Assembly: GCA_963663545.1 (NCBI GenBank) | Contig: OY760505.1 | Coordinates: 1,568,001-1,632,000 of the forward strand | Origin: Candidatus Delongbacteria bacterium | Lineage (GTDB): Bacteria; CAIWAD01 | Length of the DNA stretch: 64,000 nt | Direction: 5' to 3' | Shown here: positions 8,863 to 18,578 of the stretch, piece by piece | Numbering within the stretch: the stretch's first letter is position 1 | Layout of the letters: each line of letters begins with the position of its first letter | Notes under the pieces: generated by a model | Seen by the model: only the letters and a program-made list of their open reading frames with translations | Told to the model about the DNA's origin: nothing | Databases searched by the model: none | Program-made: the position numbers and the translations under genes

Positions 8863-8902
8863 CAAAAACGAAAGCACCCGGAGCACCTTGGCGCCCCGGG
8901 TG
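8863..8902 (-). terminator. Rho-independent terminator after the receiver gene, abutting the methyltransferase start
   Basis: Minus strand CACCCGGGGCGCC-AA-GGTGCTCCGGGTG stem (with G-U pairs) then CTTTCGTTTTT. Confidence 0.7.
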
Positions 8903-8923
8903 TAAATGCTCGCTGTTCGGGCG

Positions 8924-9292
8924 TCAGCCGACCAGGCCCTTGACCTTGGCCTGTAGCACGGCGGGATCCACCGGCTTCTGGATGAACTCGTTGACGGGGA
9001 GCAGTTCCTCGTCGATACCGAAGTCCATGCCCGTGACACGGCCCACAGAGGTCAGCATGATGATCGGAGTCTGGACGCCCTTGATGCGAAGGTCCTGCGC
9101 CAGGGCAAAACCATCGTCGGGCTCGTCCATCATCACGTCCAGAATCATCAGGTCGGGCTTCTCGTTCAGAGCGGCCTGCATGCCCTCAGCCTTGTTCATG
9201 GCGGAAATCACTTCGTGGCCGGCAGCCTCGAGGATCACCTTGTTGGCCTCGATGATATCAATATCGTCGTCGACGATCAGAATGCGCGCCAT
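8924..9292 (-). CDS. Single-domain response regulator (receiver only)
   Basis: ILIVDDD, PDLMILDVMM, IIMLT, FIQKP; start at ATG 9292 with GAGGA RBS. Confidence 0.92.
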   Translation of the reverse strand: MARILIVDDDIDIIEANKVILEAAGHEVISAMNKAEGMQAALNEKPDLMILDVMMDEPDDGFALAQDLRIKGVQTPIIMLTSVGRVTGMDFGIDEELLPVNEFIQKPVDPAVLQAKVKGLVG

Positions 9293-9402
9293 AATTCCTC
9301 CGCAATTGCCCTCACGGGCGATGGTTGCTCGCGTCACGCTTTACCGGTTTGCCGGATTGCTGCCGGTTCACCGAATGCAGAAATACCGCCACAAAGTAAC
9401 AG

Positions 9403-9420
9403 TTGTTGAATTTTTCACAA
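9403..9420. promoter_or_regulatory. Candidate Rex-like operator in divergent intergenic region
   Basis: TTGTTGAATTTTTCACAA versus consensus TTGTGAA-N4-TTCACAA (2 mismatches). Confidence 0.45.
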
Positions 9421-9571
9421 TGCCGGAATGCTCGAAGAATGAGTCAAAAAGCCACGATTCAGATTGATTTGCAGTTGTAACCGTCAAGCCTATTACACAA
9501 GAGCACGCGCGCCCAGAATCGGCAAGGGTTCCCATGAGTGCGGCCCACTCCAACTTTGCTAGTTTGGCGCC

Positions 9572-11218
9572 ATGATGACAGAACACGACCCTGAAGCCTT
9601 GTCCAACGAGCACGGCACTCCGGACCAGACCGCTTCCACAACTACTGAACAAGCCGAACAGAAGCCCGCCCAGGCGGACACGGACAGCATCTTCTCTTTC
9701 CAGGATCTATCCTCGCCTTTAGCCGAGAATGTAGCGGCCCTGGGTTGGAAAGACGCCATGGATGTGCAGCAGCAAGCCATTCCGCTGGTGTTGCGCGGCA
9801 TCGACGCCATTGTGCAGAGTCGCACGGGATCGGGCAAAACGGCCGCTTTTCTGCTGCCCTTGCTGATGCGCATCGATCTGAATCTTGATCAACCCCAGGC
9901 AATGGTGCTGGTGCCCACGCGCGAGCTCGCCATTCAGGTGCACCGGGCTTTCATCGAGCTCTCTGCCAACAGCGGCTGCCGCGGCGCTCTGCTCTACGGC
10001 GGAGTGGGTTACGGTCGCCAGCTTGATGATTTGAAAGCCGGCGCGCAGCTCATTATCGGGACGCCCGGACGCGTCATCGATCACATCGAGCGCGGCACGC
10101 TATCGCTGAGCAAACTGAAGCATCTGGTCATGGACGAAGCCGACGAAATGCTTTCGATGGGCTTCTATCCTGCCATGCGCCGCATACGTCGCTGGCTGCC
10201 GGAACGCCGCCAGAGTCTGATGTTCAGCGCCACCATGCCAAAGGCGGTGCGCAATCTCGCCGCAGAGTTTCTTCACAAGCCGCGCTGGCTGAGTCTTTCC
10301 GGCGACGATCAGGGCATTGAGACACTACTGCACAGCTTCTATCGCGTCGAGCCGATGGACAAGGATCGCGCGCTCAGTGCGCTGATTGAAATGGAAAACC
10401 CCAGTAGTGCGTTGGTCTTCTGCAATCGCAAGAGCGATGTCGAATATCTCTACCAGTACCTTAGCAACGCGGGCTACAACGTCGACCGCATCAGCGGCGA
10501 CCTGAGTCAACGGGCGCGTGAGCGTGTAATGGAGACGATTCGCAAGCAGGAGCTTCGCTTTCTGATCGCCACCGATGTGGCCGCGCGCGGCATCGACATC
10601 AGCGACATCGAAATTGTCTTCCAATACGACGTGCCACAGGATCACGAGATCTACGTGCATCGCAGCGGGCGTACTGCCCGGGCGGGTAAAACGGGCCGTT
10701 GTATTACGCTGTCCACCTATATGGACGAGCATCAGCTGCGCGAGATACGACGCAAGTACTCCATCGTGATTGAAGAAAAACAGCTGCCCTCGCTGGACCA
10801 AGTCAGCGCTCGCGTACGCGAGCGCACAATGGTGCTGCTGGAAGAGCAAGTGCGTGACAGCGGCAGTATTGATCGCGAGCGTGCCGATCGTTTTGTGGCA
10901 CTGGCCGAAGAGCTTTCGTCACACGAAGAAGGCCAGCGCATTTTCGCCCTGATGCTGGACGAGTTCTACCATCGCAGCCTTCACCTTCCGCAAGCTCTGC
11001 CCAAAGAGCGCGAGCGCTTTGAGGACATCAAAGACCATCCGCGGCGTGGCCGCTCGCGTGACCGTCAGGAATTCTCGCCCAGGCCTCGAGAGAAAGACGC
11101 CGAGGCTGCCGTGGCTACCAACGCTCCCGCAGCACCGGAAGCCACCGATGAGAAAGCGCCCGTCAAACGCCGTCCACGGCGTCGCAAAAAAACGAACAAC
11201 CCGGAGCAGGCAGAATGA
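9572..11218 (+). CDS. DEAD-box RNA helicase (DeaD/CshA-like)
   Basis: SRTGSGKT, PTRELA, GTPGR, DEAD, SAT, ARGID, HRSGRTAR; basic C-terminal tail. Confidence 0.95.
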   Translation: MMTEHDPEALSNEHGTPDQTASTTTEQAEQKPAQADTDSIFSFQDLSSPLAENVAALGWKDAMDVQQQAIPLVLRGIDAIVQSRTGSGKTAAFLLPLLMRIDLNLDQPQAMVLVPTRELAIQVHRAFIELSANSGCRGALLYGGVGYGRQLDDLKAGAQLIIGTPGRVIDHIERGTLSLSKLKHLVMDEADEMLSMGFYPAMRRIRRWLPERRQSLMFSATMPKAVRNLAAEFLHKPRWLSLSGDDQGIETLLHSFYRVEPMDKDRALSALIEMENPSSALVFCNRKSDVEYLYQYLSNAGYNVDRISGDLSQRARERVMETIRKQELRFLIATDVAARGIDISDIEIVFQYDVPQDHEIYVHRSGRTARAGKTGRCITLSTYMDEHQLREIRRKYSIVIEEKQLPSLDQVSARVRERTMVLLEEQVRDSGSIDRERADRFVALAEELSSHEEGQRIFALMLDEFYHRSLHLPQALPKERERFEDIKDHPRRGRSRDRQEFSPRPREKDAEAAVATNAPAAPEATDEKAPVKRRPRRRKKTNNPEQAE

Positions 11219-12306
11219 GACTCCTCCCTGGTCTTCTCATTTTCTTGTGTATCACAGTCCTCGCTTGGGCTGGATCAGGCCAGTTGAATGACCTGTATTC
11301 CTACGAGGCAGACCTCCGTCAGGCGCTTGCTGAGCTGGACGACGCCCCCAAAGTGCATCCCACGGAATGGACTCCGCTGGAATTGCCGCTTCCGCGAAAG
11401 GGAAAGCTCTTCGACCAGCAGGGCAGCCGCGTCAAGCTACCACGTGATACACAGGTCATGGTTAGTGGTGTGTCACACGATGGCAAGAACCGCTGGTGGA
11501 CGGTAACGCCTGTGGATTCTTCCTTCGTCAACTTGCGCATGCGCGAGCACAAATCATTTGCCGCAGAGTTTGGTTCGGAATGGATCACCTGGCGGCGTCA
11601 GGTGGTCGACGACAGTCTGCAAGTGCTTCGCGAGTTGCGCACACGGGATCTTCGTCGCTGGATCCTGACTCGCGAACTCGGTGAGGTAAACGCGGTAGCA
11701 AAGACCTATCGCAAACCGGGGCGCCACACCATGATGGATCCGGTTGCTTATCTGCAGAGTCGCGTGATACCGGAATGGCGCCAGTCCGACATGGCCATTG
11801 TCTTTGCCTGGAACAGCGAACTCGAGCTATCGGATACGCCCTGGGGTTATCCCGTTGAGACCCATTCGCAACAACCGGAAGATGGGACTCCGTTGCTCGT
11901 CTTTGATGGCATGGAAAACGGGACCTATTGTCTGCGACCTGTTCGCTGCGCTAGTGTAGGGCTAGCCCGTGACGGATACTATTTCGCCACACCTGCTGCC
12001 TTTGAGCATGCGATGGGCAAGGACGCTGCCAGGCTCCTGTCGGCCTTTGCCGAAGACCTGCGCACTCGCTTGCGTGAAAACCGTCGCTACGATCTACTGG
12101 ATCGCTGGGCACCGGACGTTGTATCACGCATTCTCGACGGCCTTGCCTGGAAAGGAATGTCCGAAGCCATGTTGAACGAAGCTCTCGGCACACCAGCCGA
12201 GGCAGTCGAGCAAGCCGACGGTACCGTTCGCCGCACCTACGCAACCGGTAATGTGGTGGTTCTGCGCGGTGATACGGTCATCGATATTCAGCAAAGCAAA
12301 GATTGA
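11215..12306 (+). CDS. Secreted hypothetical protein
   Basis: 363 aa ORF with signal peptide, overlapping both neighbours; C-terminal KGMS...ALGTP motif reminiscent of BamE/SmpA-like domains. Confidence 0.7.
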   Translation: MRLLPGLLIFLCITVLAWAGSGQLNDLYSYEADLRQALAELDDAPKVHPTEWTPLELPLPRKGKLFDQQGSRVKLPRDTQVMVSGVSHDGKNRWWTVTPVDSSFVNLRMREHKSFAAEFGSEWITWRRQVVDDSLQVLRELRTRDLRRWILTRELGEVNAVAKTYRKPGRHTMMDPVAYLQSRVIPEWRQSDMAIVFAWNSELELSDTPWGYPVETHSQQPEDGTPLLVFDGMENGTYCLRPVRCASVGLARDGYYFATPAAFEHAMGKDAARLLSAFAEDLRTRLRENRRYDLLDRWAPDVVSRILDGLAWKGMSEAMLNEALGTPAEAVEQADGTVRRTYATGNVVVLRGDTVIDIQQSKD

Positions 12307-14798
12307 TGGAACTGACGACGGAACAGGCTGCCGTCGTCGCTGCGGTCGTAGGGCCAACCCTGGTGCTGGCGCCGGTGGGCTCCGGAAAAACCACGGTACT
12401 GGCCCATCGAGCGCTCAACGCATTGCGCGAGGGCTTCACACCGCTACGCTGCCTTTGTATGACGTTCACGAACCGCGCAGCCAGAGAGCTTTCGGAGCGT
12501 TTGCTTGTATCACCGACTGACGAGCTGCCCGCGGGAACCGATCAACGCGACATTCAGGTCTTCACCTTCCACGGCTTCTGCTCCTACTTCCTGCGTGAAG
12601 AAGCCATAGCAGCCGATCTGCGCAGTGACTTCAGCATCTACGACGAAACCGACAGCATTGAGCTTTTGCAGCGTCAATTGCGCCTGCAAGAAGGAAGCGA
12701 CACGGATCCGCTGACAGCAGACAAAAACGCCACGGAATTGTATCACCGCTGGGGACACGCCCTTTCCTCGCTGCGAGCCGGGGAGTTGCGTGTAGACGGC
12801 ATTCCCGCCGCCGCCCTCAGGAAATTCGCTCCGGATCATCGAAAGGCACTGGGTGGATACCTTAAGGAGCTGAGCGAGCGCGGAGCCGTTGATTTTGCCC
12901 TACTGATCTATCGAACTCGCTCGCTGCTGCTATTGAACGAAGAGGTGGCCGCACGATGGCAATCCCGCTATGACTGGGTTCAAGTAGACGAAGTGCAGGA
13001 CACGCACGCAAGCGAGTGGGATGTTGTATCACTGCTGGCAAAGCAACACGGAAACCTTGCCCTTTTCGGTGATCTGGATCAGACGATCTATGGCTGGCGC
13101 GGAAGCAAACCCAATCACATCCTGAGTGCGTTTCGCGAGAGCTATCCCGCAATCAGCGAATTCCATCTAAGCCTGAACCAGCGTGGCACACGCGCCATTT
13201 TGCAGGTTGCCGACCACATTGCGAGCGGGATGGAAGACCGTGTAACACGGGTGCGTGCCGCCGACCACCTCCCCGAAGGCGAACCTGTTGCGTGGATCAC
13301 CGCCAACGGCCTCAAGGAAGAAGCCTCGCGTCTTGCGAGCGCACTGATCACAATCAAGCGCAAAGATCAAGGAAGTCTGGCGGTGCTTTGCCGATCAGCG
13401 TATTACGGACGTGTGATACGGGATGCGCTGATAGAGGCCGGTGCAAATGCCGTCACCGAAGAAGATCTACGTTTCACACGGCGTCCAGAGGTTCGCGCTT
13501 TGCTGGCACCGCTGCGGCTACTGGAAAACCCGGACAATTTGAGCGCTTTACGAACCTGGCTGGTCTTCACCGGCACCAAGACACCCGGAATGCACGAGTC
13601 GCTGATGGCCCTCTACCGCTACGGCAAGGAGTGCTATTTGCACCCCGGTGATCTGGTGAATCCAGCCTGCTCGCGTGAAAAGGAGCCCTGGGCGCCCTTG
13701 CTGCAGGCCTGGGAAGAGCGCTTCTATGTCGTGCTGGATTTCGAGACCACGGGTCTGAACACCGCGCATGACGAAATCGTTGAAATCGCGGCAAAGCGCT
13801 ACTGCCGTGACATGGAAGTGGACAGTTTTCATCGTCTAATGCGTGTATCACAGTGGTCCAGCGCAGCCGAACGCGTACATCGCATTTCACGATCCAAGGT
13901 TGAGCGCGAAGGAGTAGATCCCGCCGAAGGCCTGCGTGATCTGTTGGCTTTTCTTGACGGCGATCTTGTCGTTGGGCACAACCTGGGATTCGATCTAGCC
14001 GTGTTACGCTCTCAATGTGCACGTTACAATCTGCCGTACCATGTATCACACAATGTTGATACGCTGCGAATGGCCAGACGAATTCTTGGAAGCGGCAGCA
14101 TGAGATTAGGAGATCTTCGCGAGCGCCTGTCGCTGCCCACAATTCCTACTCACCGGGCCATGGACGACATTACAACCACCGCTGAGCTGTTGCACCACCT
14201 GATGCCTTTTCTTCTGGCAACGCGCGAAGACCGCGAGGATCTTGTGCGCCGCCACGGCGGTGTGTTTCACGCCTGGGCCGATCGTCTGCGTCGCTGGCGT
14301 GATACAGCAACAACGCTGGCACCCTGGGAGCTCGTTCGCCACATCAGCGAGGACAGCCTGTTTACCCAAGTGCTGCAGGAGGACGATCCACGATGGCAAA
14401 GCGTGCGTCTTCTCGTCCAGTGGTTCAGGGCGCTGGAAGAGAAGGGCGACATGCCTGTTGCCTACGACACAGCAACCCGCCTGCACAGTCTTGTGTCACG
14501 CTGCATGCTCTCACGCCCCATCGATTTACTGCAAGACGACACCATTCCCGTGCTCACCATCCACGCATCCAAAGGCATGGAGTTCGACACGGTCGCCGTC
14601 TTCCATTGCGCCCCCGGTTGCATGCCGAATTTCCGCAGTGAAAAAGGCGCCGCCCTCGAAGAAGAGCGGCGTGTGTGTTACGTGGCGGTGACACGGCCTC
14701 GCAAGCGATTGCTACTCAGCACCAGCCGTTTTGACCGCAAGGGACAGCACCTTGGCTGGAGTCCCTTTGTGGCAGACATCGCACCTGTAGAGAACTAA
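12306..14798 (+). CDS. UvrD/Rep-family helicase with inserted DnaQ-like DEDDh 3'-5' exonuclease domain
   Basis: LAPVGSGKT, TFTNRAA, VDEVQD, GDLDQTIYGWRG, LTIHASKGMEF, EERRVCYVAVTR; internal VVLDFETTG, GHNLGFD, HRAMDD. Confidence 0.9.
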   Translation: MELTTEQAAVVAAVVGPTLVLAPVGSGKTTVLAHRALNALREGFTPLRCLCMTFTNRAARELSERLLVSPTDELPAGTDQRDIQVFTFHGFCSYFLREEAIAADLRSDFSIYDETDSIELLQRQLRLQEGSDTDPLTADKNATELYHRWGHALSSLRAGELRVDGIPAAALRKFAPDHRKALGGYLKELSERGAVDFALLIYRTRSLLLLNEEVAARWQSRYDWVQVDEVQDTHASEWDVVSLLAKQHGNLALFGDLDQTIYGWRGSKPNHILSAFRESYPAISEFHLSLNQRGTRAILQVADHIASGMEDRVTRVRAADHLPEGEPVAWITANGLKEEASRLASALITIKRKDQGSLAVLCRSAYYGRVIRDALIEAGANAVTEEDLRFTRRPEVRALLAPLRLLENPDNLSALRTWLVFTGTKTPGMHESLMALYRYGKECYLHPGDLVNPACSREKEPWAPLLQAWEERFYVVLDFETTGLNTAHDEIVEIAAKRYCRDMEVDSFHRLMRVSQWSSAAERVHRISRSKVEREGVDPAEGLRDLLAFLDGDLVVGHNLGFDLAVLRSQCARYNLPYHVSHNVDTLRMARRILGSGSMRLGDLRERLSLPTIPTHRAMDDITTTAELLHHLMPFLLATREDREDLVRRHGGVFHAWADRLRRWRDTATTLAPWELVRHISEDSLFTQVLQEDDPRWQSVRLLVQWFRALEEKGDMPVAYDTATRLHSLVSRCMLSRPIDLLQDDTIPVLTIHASKGMEFDTVAVFHCAPGCMPNFRSEKGAALEEERRVCYVAVTRPRKRLLLSTSRFDRKGQHLGWSPFVADIAPVEN

Positions 14799-15499
14799 TC
14801 CTCGAGCACCATCACCAGATTCGACATCGAGCTCTTATAATCAGGATAGAGCGCGACTGTGGCTGTCGCCGTTGTCCAGGTGGACTCCCCATCACTGAAC
14901 TGCATGGCATACACACGGATCGGACCGGCTGCCGGCATGCTATCCAAGGCGAATGATCCATTCACACTTGTTTGTGTGCTCATCGTACGCGGTGAAATGG
15001 AATAGTCGCTGAAATCGGCCTGAACTGTGACGCCGTAGGCTGGAATCTCTTCGTCTTGCGCGGTACGCAGATAAACACTTCCCGTCAAACTCGAGCTGAG
15101 AGGAAGCATATCCATATCACGCGTCATGCTGATCGGGTAATCCTCACTGGTGTAGTCGTTGCCCACGCCAAAATCATCCAGGCTGGGAACATTGATCGTA
15201 GCGTAGTGCATCGCGTAGCCACTTCGGCTAAAAGTGAGTTCGTACTCGCCTGTGTTGAGGCCGCTGAACACATAGTAACCCGTAGCAATACTGCGGTTCG
15301 TGCGAACGCCGCCATTGACGACAGTTGTCACTAGTACGTCGTTCAGACGCGCCCCGCTGGCATTATCCGCCACAATGCCGTGCAATGCCGCGACTACTCG
15401 ACCATTCATCAGCTGGGCTTCGTCGCCCGTGATATTCGTCGTATCCTCACATCCCATCACCACCAGAAGCATGGCCGTCAGACAAAGTGCTTTCTTCAT
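14795..15499 (-). CDS. Lipoprotein with carboxypeptidase-regulatory-like beta-sandwich domains
   Basis: Lipobox VMGC; GYYVFSGLNTGEYELTFSRSGY motif. Confidence 0.75.
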   Translation of the reverse strand: MKKALCLTAMLLVVMGCEDTTNITGDEAQLMNGRVVAALHGIVADNASGARLNDVLVTTVVNGGVRTNRSIATGYYVFSGLNTGEYELTFSRSGYAMHYATINVPSLDDFGVGNDYTSEDYPISMTRDMDMLPLSSSLTGSVYLRTAQDEEIPAYGVTVQADFSDYSISPRTMSTQTSVNGSFALDSMPAAGPIRVYAMQFSDGESTWTTATATVALYPDYKSSMSNLVMVLED

Positions 15500-15514
15500 G
15501 CTCTTTCCTTCCTT

Positions 15515-17167
15515 CTAGTTGAGTGTCACGCCAATAATCACCGGGTCGTGATCCGAACTGCGGTAAGGGTCGATGTGATACAACTCTGGGTTGCGGTACT
15601 CGAGGTTGTAATCCAGAATTCGCGGCTCATCAGCATTGATATGCCATAGCATCACACCACGTATCTGGCGACCCAGGGTTGGCGTGCAGAAGGCGTTATC
15701 CAGTGCGCAAGCCTGTCCGCGATAAACGTAGCTGTAGCGGTCAGCAGCATCGACGCGCTGGAGCAACTGCTCAAAGCCTGCATCTTCGATGGTCAGCACC
15801 GGATCTTCGCCGGCACAGGCGTTATAATCGCCCACAAGCAACACATCGTCATCACCGGAGCGCACGCGAACCTGCTCCGAGAAAACAACCAGTGCCTGCG
15901 CTTGTCTCACACGCAAGGGATTCCAACAGCCCTGCCCCAGATCCTCTTCTTCGGGGGGTGCGCCATGACAGCCTTTGGATTTCAGGTGATTCACAATCAG
16001 GCTGAACTTCTTTTCGGCGTTTTCTGCCAGCGCGAAGGTTGCCGCAAGAGGGGGCCGGGAAAACACATCGTCGGAACTACTGATGGCGTCGCCAATCTGA
16101 CGCAAATGAGTATCACGGTAAATAAGCGCAACACGAATACGGTCGCCGCCCATGCCGTCGTGCGGAAGCCCGACACTTCGGTAGAGACGATCAGCGTCCT
16201 GTCCTGCGTTCAAGTGTGATACAAGATCTTCCACTACTGCATTGCCGTTGTTTTCGATCTCGATCAAGGCCACAATATCGGCGTCCATGGCCTGGATGGC
16301 CGACACGATCTTGGCTCGCTGACGTTCCAGTTCGGCCGGATTGTCGGCACCACGATCCCCCAGGCTGGTGAAATAGTTGAGCACGTTAAAGGAGGCCACC
16401 CGCAGCTCGCCGTCCAGAATTGGCGCAGGCGGACGGGGATTATCGCGCTCGATAAGGTAGCCCGGCAGCGGGTGGATCACGAAGGTGTCGCCATCACAAT
16501 CCAGAATGCCGCGCAGGTTCACCACGCCGTCGCCCACGCGCGGCGGAACGCCATCGCTCAGCAGGTGCGGTAGCGGATCAGGATTCTCCACGCGCGAACC
16601 ATCGTCCAGCCAGATCGACCAACGTGGTGCGGGCACGTGCTCCAGATCGTGCATCACCCAATTGGTGCCGTTGTACATCCGCGACTTCGGTGCCAGCATC
16701 AGCTGCCCGTAGCGGCCGTACTGGTAGCTGTCGCAGACCACCAGGGGGCAATCCACCTCCACCAGGGCACCGCAGGCCTTCTCGAACTGGGCCGTGCCGG
16801 TCAAGTCGGCTTTCAATACGCGGGGTGCGGGCAGCGCGTGCTCGCCCAGCACCTCTACCTGGCTGGCTTCCAAAGCGGGATGACCGTGCACGATTTGTGT
16901 CACGCCGCTGACCTGGACCTCGCTGCCAGCTGCGGGAGAATCGCTGCTGCGCACGAAAATGCCAAAGGCCTGTGCCAAACCGCTTTCTGCATCCTGCAGA
17001 TAAAAGCCGCCCAGGCCGGGAAAGACTGCGGTTACCACGCCACGACACTGCACCTGACTGTCGGTGTCCGCCAGCCGTGCCTGCGTCGCGCTCAAAGATG
17101 CCACCTCGGCAGCGCACAGATTCGCACCGATCAGCAGCGCCAACAGACCAATTCTCACAGGGCTCAT
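15515..17167 (-). CDS. ExeM/NucH-family extracellular endonuclease
   Basis: Signal peptide, OB-fold GVVTA...GFYLQD, LRVASFNVLNYF, VNHLKSKG, GDYN, WHINADEP, YRSSDHDPV. Confidence 0.92.
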   Translation of the reverse strand: MSPVRIGLLALLIGANLCAAEVASLSATQARLADTDSQVQCRGVVTAVFPGLGGFYLQDAESGLAQAFGIFVRSSDSPAAGSEVQVSGVTQIVHGHPALEASQVEVLGEHALPAPRVLKADLTGTAQFEKACGALVEVDCPLVVCDSYQYGRYGQLMLAPKSRMYNGTNWVMHDLEHVPAPRWSIWLDDGSRVENPDPLPHLLSDGVPPRVGDGVVNLRGILDCDGDTFVIHPLPGYLIERDNPRPPAPILDGELRVASFNVLNYFTSLGDRGADNPAELERQRAKIVSAIQAMDADIVALIEIENNGNAVVEDLVSHLNAGQDADRLYRSVGLPHDGMGGDRIRVALIYRDTHLRQIGDAISSSDDVFSRPPLAATFALAENAEKKFSLIVNHLKSKGCHGAPPEEEDLGQGCWNPLRVRQAQALVVFSEQVRVRSGDDDVLLVGDYNACAGEDPVLTIEDAGFEQLLQRVDAADRYSYVYRGQACALDNAFCTPTLGRQIRGVMLWHINADEPRILDYNLEYRNPELYHIDPYRSSDHDPVIIGVTLN

Positions 17168-17315
17168 CTCTGCCTCGTTCTGGACTTCATTGCATTCATA
17201 ATCAGTGTGCAATGTAGTGATCTACGGAGCAGACAGAGCCTTGGCGGGCCGCAAAGGAATGCGAAGCTTCTGCGCACACCGAGCGAAAGCTGCGCAAGCC
17301 TGTTACATTGGAAGC

Positions 17316-18497
17316 ATGCCATCACGCCTGTATCCAGACTTGAGCTGGTGGATCCGCCTTCTGCGCGGCTGCCTGCTCGCCTTCGGTCTGCTGATTGCCC
17401 TCATTGCAATCGGCGAGCTGCTGCGCATTCACGAAGCCCTGTATCACATTCACGCTTGGGCGGGACACAGCTTCCTGATTCTGCTGGCCGTCTTTGCGGG
17501 TTGGGTACTGATGATGCTCGTACGCTTCTTCGTGAGCCGTCCCGTTGTGATGCCCGACCTGCCCTCCATTGAGCCGCTCGAAACGGCCAGCGCCGGGCAA
17601 CTGAGCGAGTATCGCGAGCTGCTGCTCCTGCACGCAGAGCGTCTGCTCACAAGCAGCGCCTTGGATGATGTGTTACGCCAGCAAAGTGCCGAAAGCCTGG
17701 AAAAAGTATCCGTACGCCTGCGCGAGATTCCCATGACCGCCGGTCACGAGGAGCTGGCACACCGCCTGCAGGAGGCCGAGGCCTTGTTCATGCAACCGCT
17801 GTTGGCCAAGATCGATCAGAGCGTCGAGGAGGAGATTCGCCGTAGCACGGTAGAGGTGATGACCGCAGTAACTCTCTCGCCCTGGCATTCACTGGATCTT
17901 GGCGTAGCCCTCTACCGCGGCACGCGCATGGTGCTCAACATCTCCGCATTGTATGGAAGCCGCCCAACCTTCCGCGAAAACCTGATCATTTTCCGTGATG
18001 TGCTGGGCGCAGTTGCCACCGTCAGTTTGGTCAACGCAGGTCAAAAACTGATTGAAGGTCTAGCGCGTCAGCTTCCCGGTATTAGCCGCATCGTCGACGA
18101 TATCATCCAAGGAATTGGCGCCGGCTATTTCATCAATCTGGCGGGTTGGGCCGCCCGCGATCGTTGCCGCAGTCTGCATCGCTGGGAACCGGCACGCGCT
18201 CGTCTGCGCCTGCACCAGAAACTGAGCCGCTACGTCAGCGATCTGCGCAGCTATCTGATTGGCGACCTGTGGAGTACATTGTGGAAACGCATGCGCGGCA
18301 GCGACGAGAACGAAAGCGACAAGTTGCGCGATGCCTTTGACCGTGCTCTGCGCGAACTCTCCGACAAAATGCGCGAGAGCGACCCTGAACCGGCAACGCC
18401 CCAGCCGCATGGCACCGTGCTGACTCCGCTGGGCCAATTTGCCATTCGCGCCCGCCGCGCTCCGGGCGACATCATTCGCAAGTTACGCGGAGAATAA
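17316..18497 (+). CDS. YcjF/DUF697-like membrane protein
   Basis: Two N-terminal TM helices; AVTLSPW-LD, ISALYG-RP, QGIGAG and RCR motifs. Confidence 0.7.
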   Translation: MPSRLYPDLSWWIRLLRGCLLAFGLLIALIAIGELLRIHEALYHIHAWAGHSFLILLAVFAGWVLMMLVRFFVSRPVVMPDLPSIEPLETASAGQLSEYRELLLLHAERLLTSSALDDVLRQQSAESLEKVSVRLREIPMTAGHEELAHRLQEAEALFMQPLLAKIDQSVEEEIRRSTVEVMTAVTLSPWHSLDLGVALYRGTRMVLNISALYGSRPTFRENLIIFRDVLGAVATVSLVNAGQKLIEGLARQLPGISRIVDDIIQGIGAGYFINLAGWAARDRCRSLHRWEPARARLRLHQKLSRYVSDLRSYLIGDLWSTLWKRMRGSDENESDKLRDAFDRALRELSDKMRESDPEPATPQPHGTVLTPLGQFAIRARRAPGDIIRKLRGE

Positions 18498-18578
18498 TCC
18501 ACACCGCCGCGGCTTGCGCAGCGGGTTTGCCTGCCCTAACTTGGGCTCAATCATCGTCACAGACATGCGAGGTTCATT

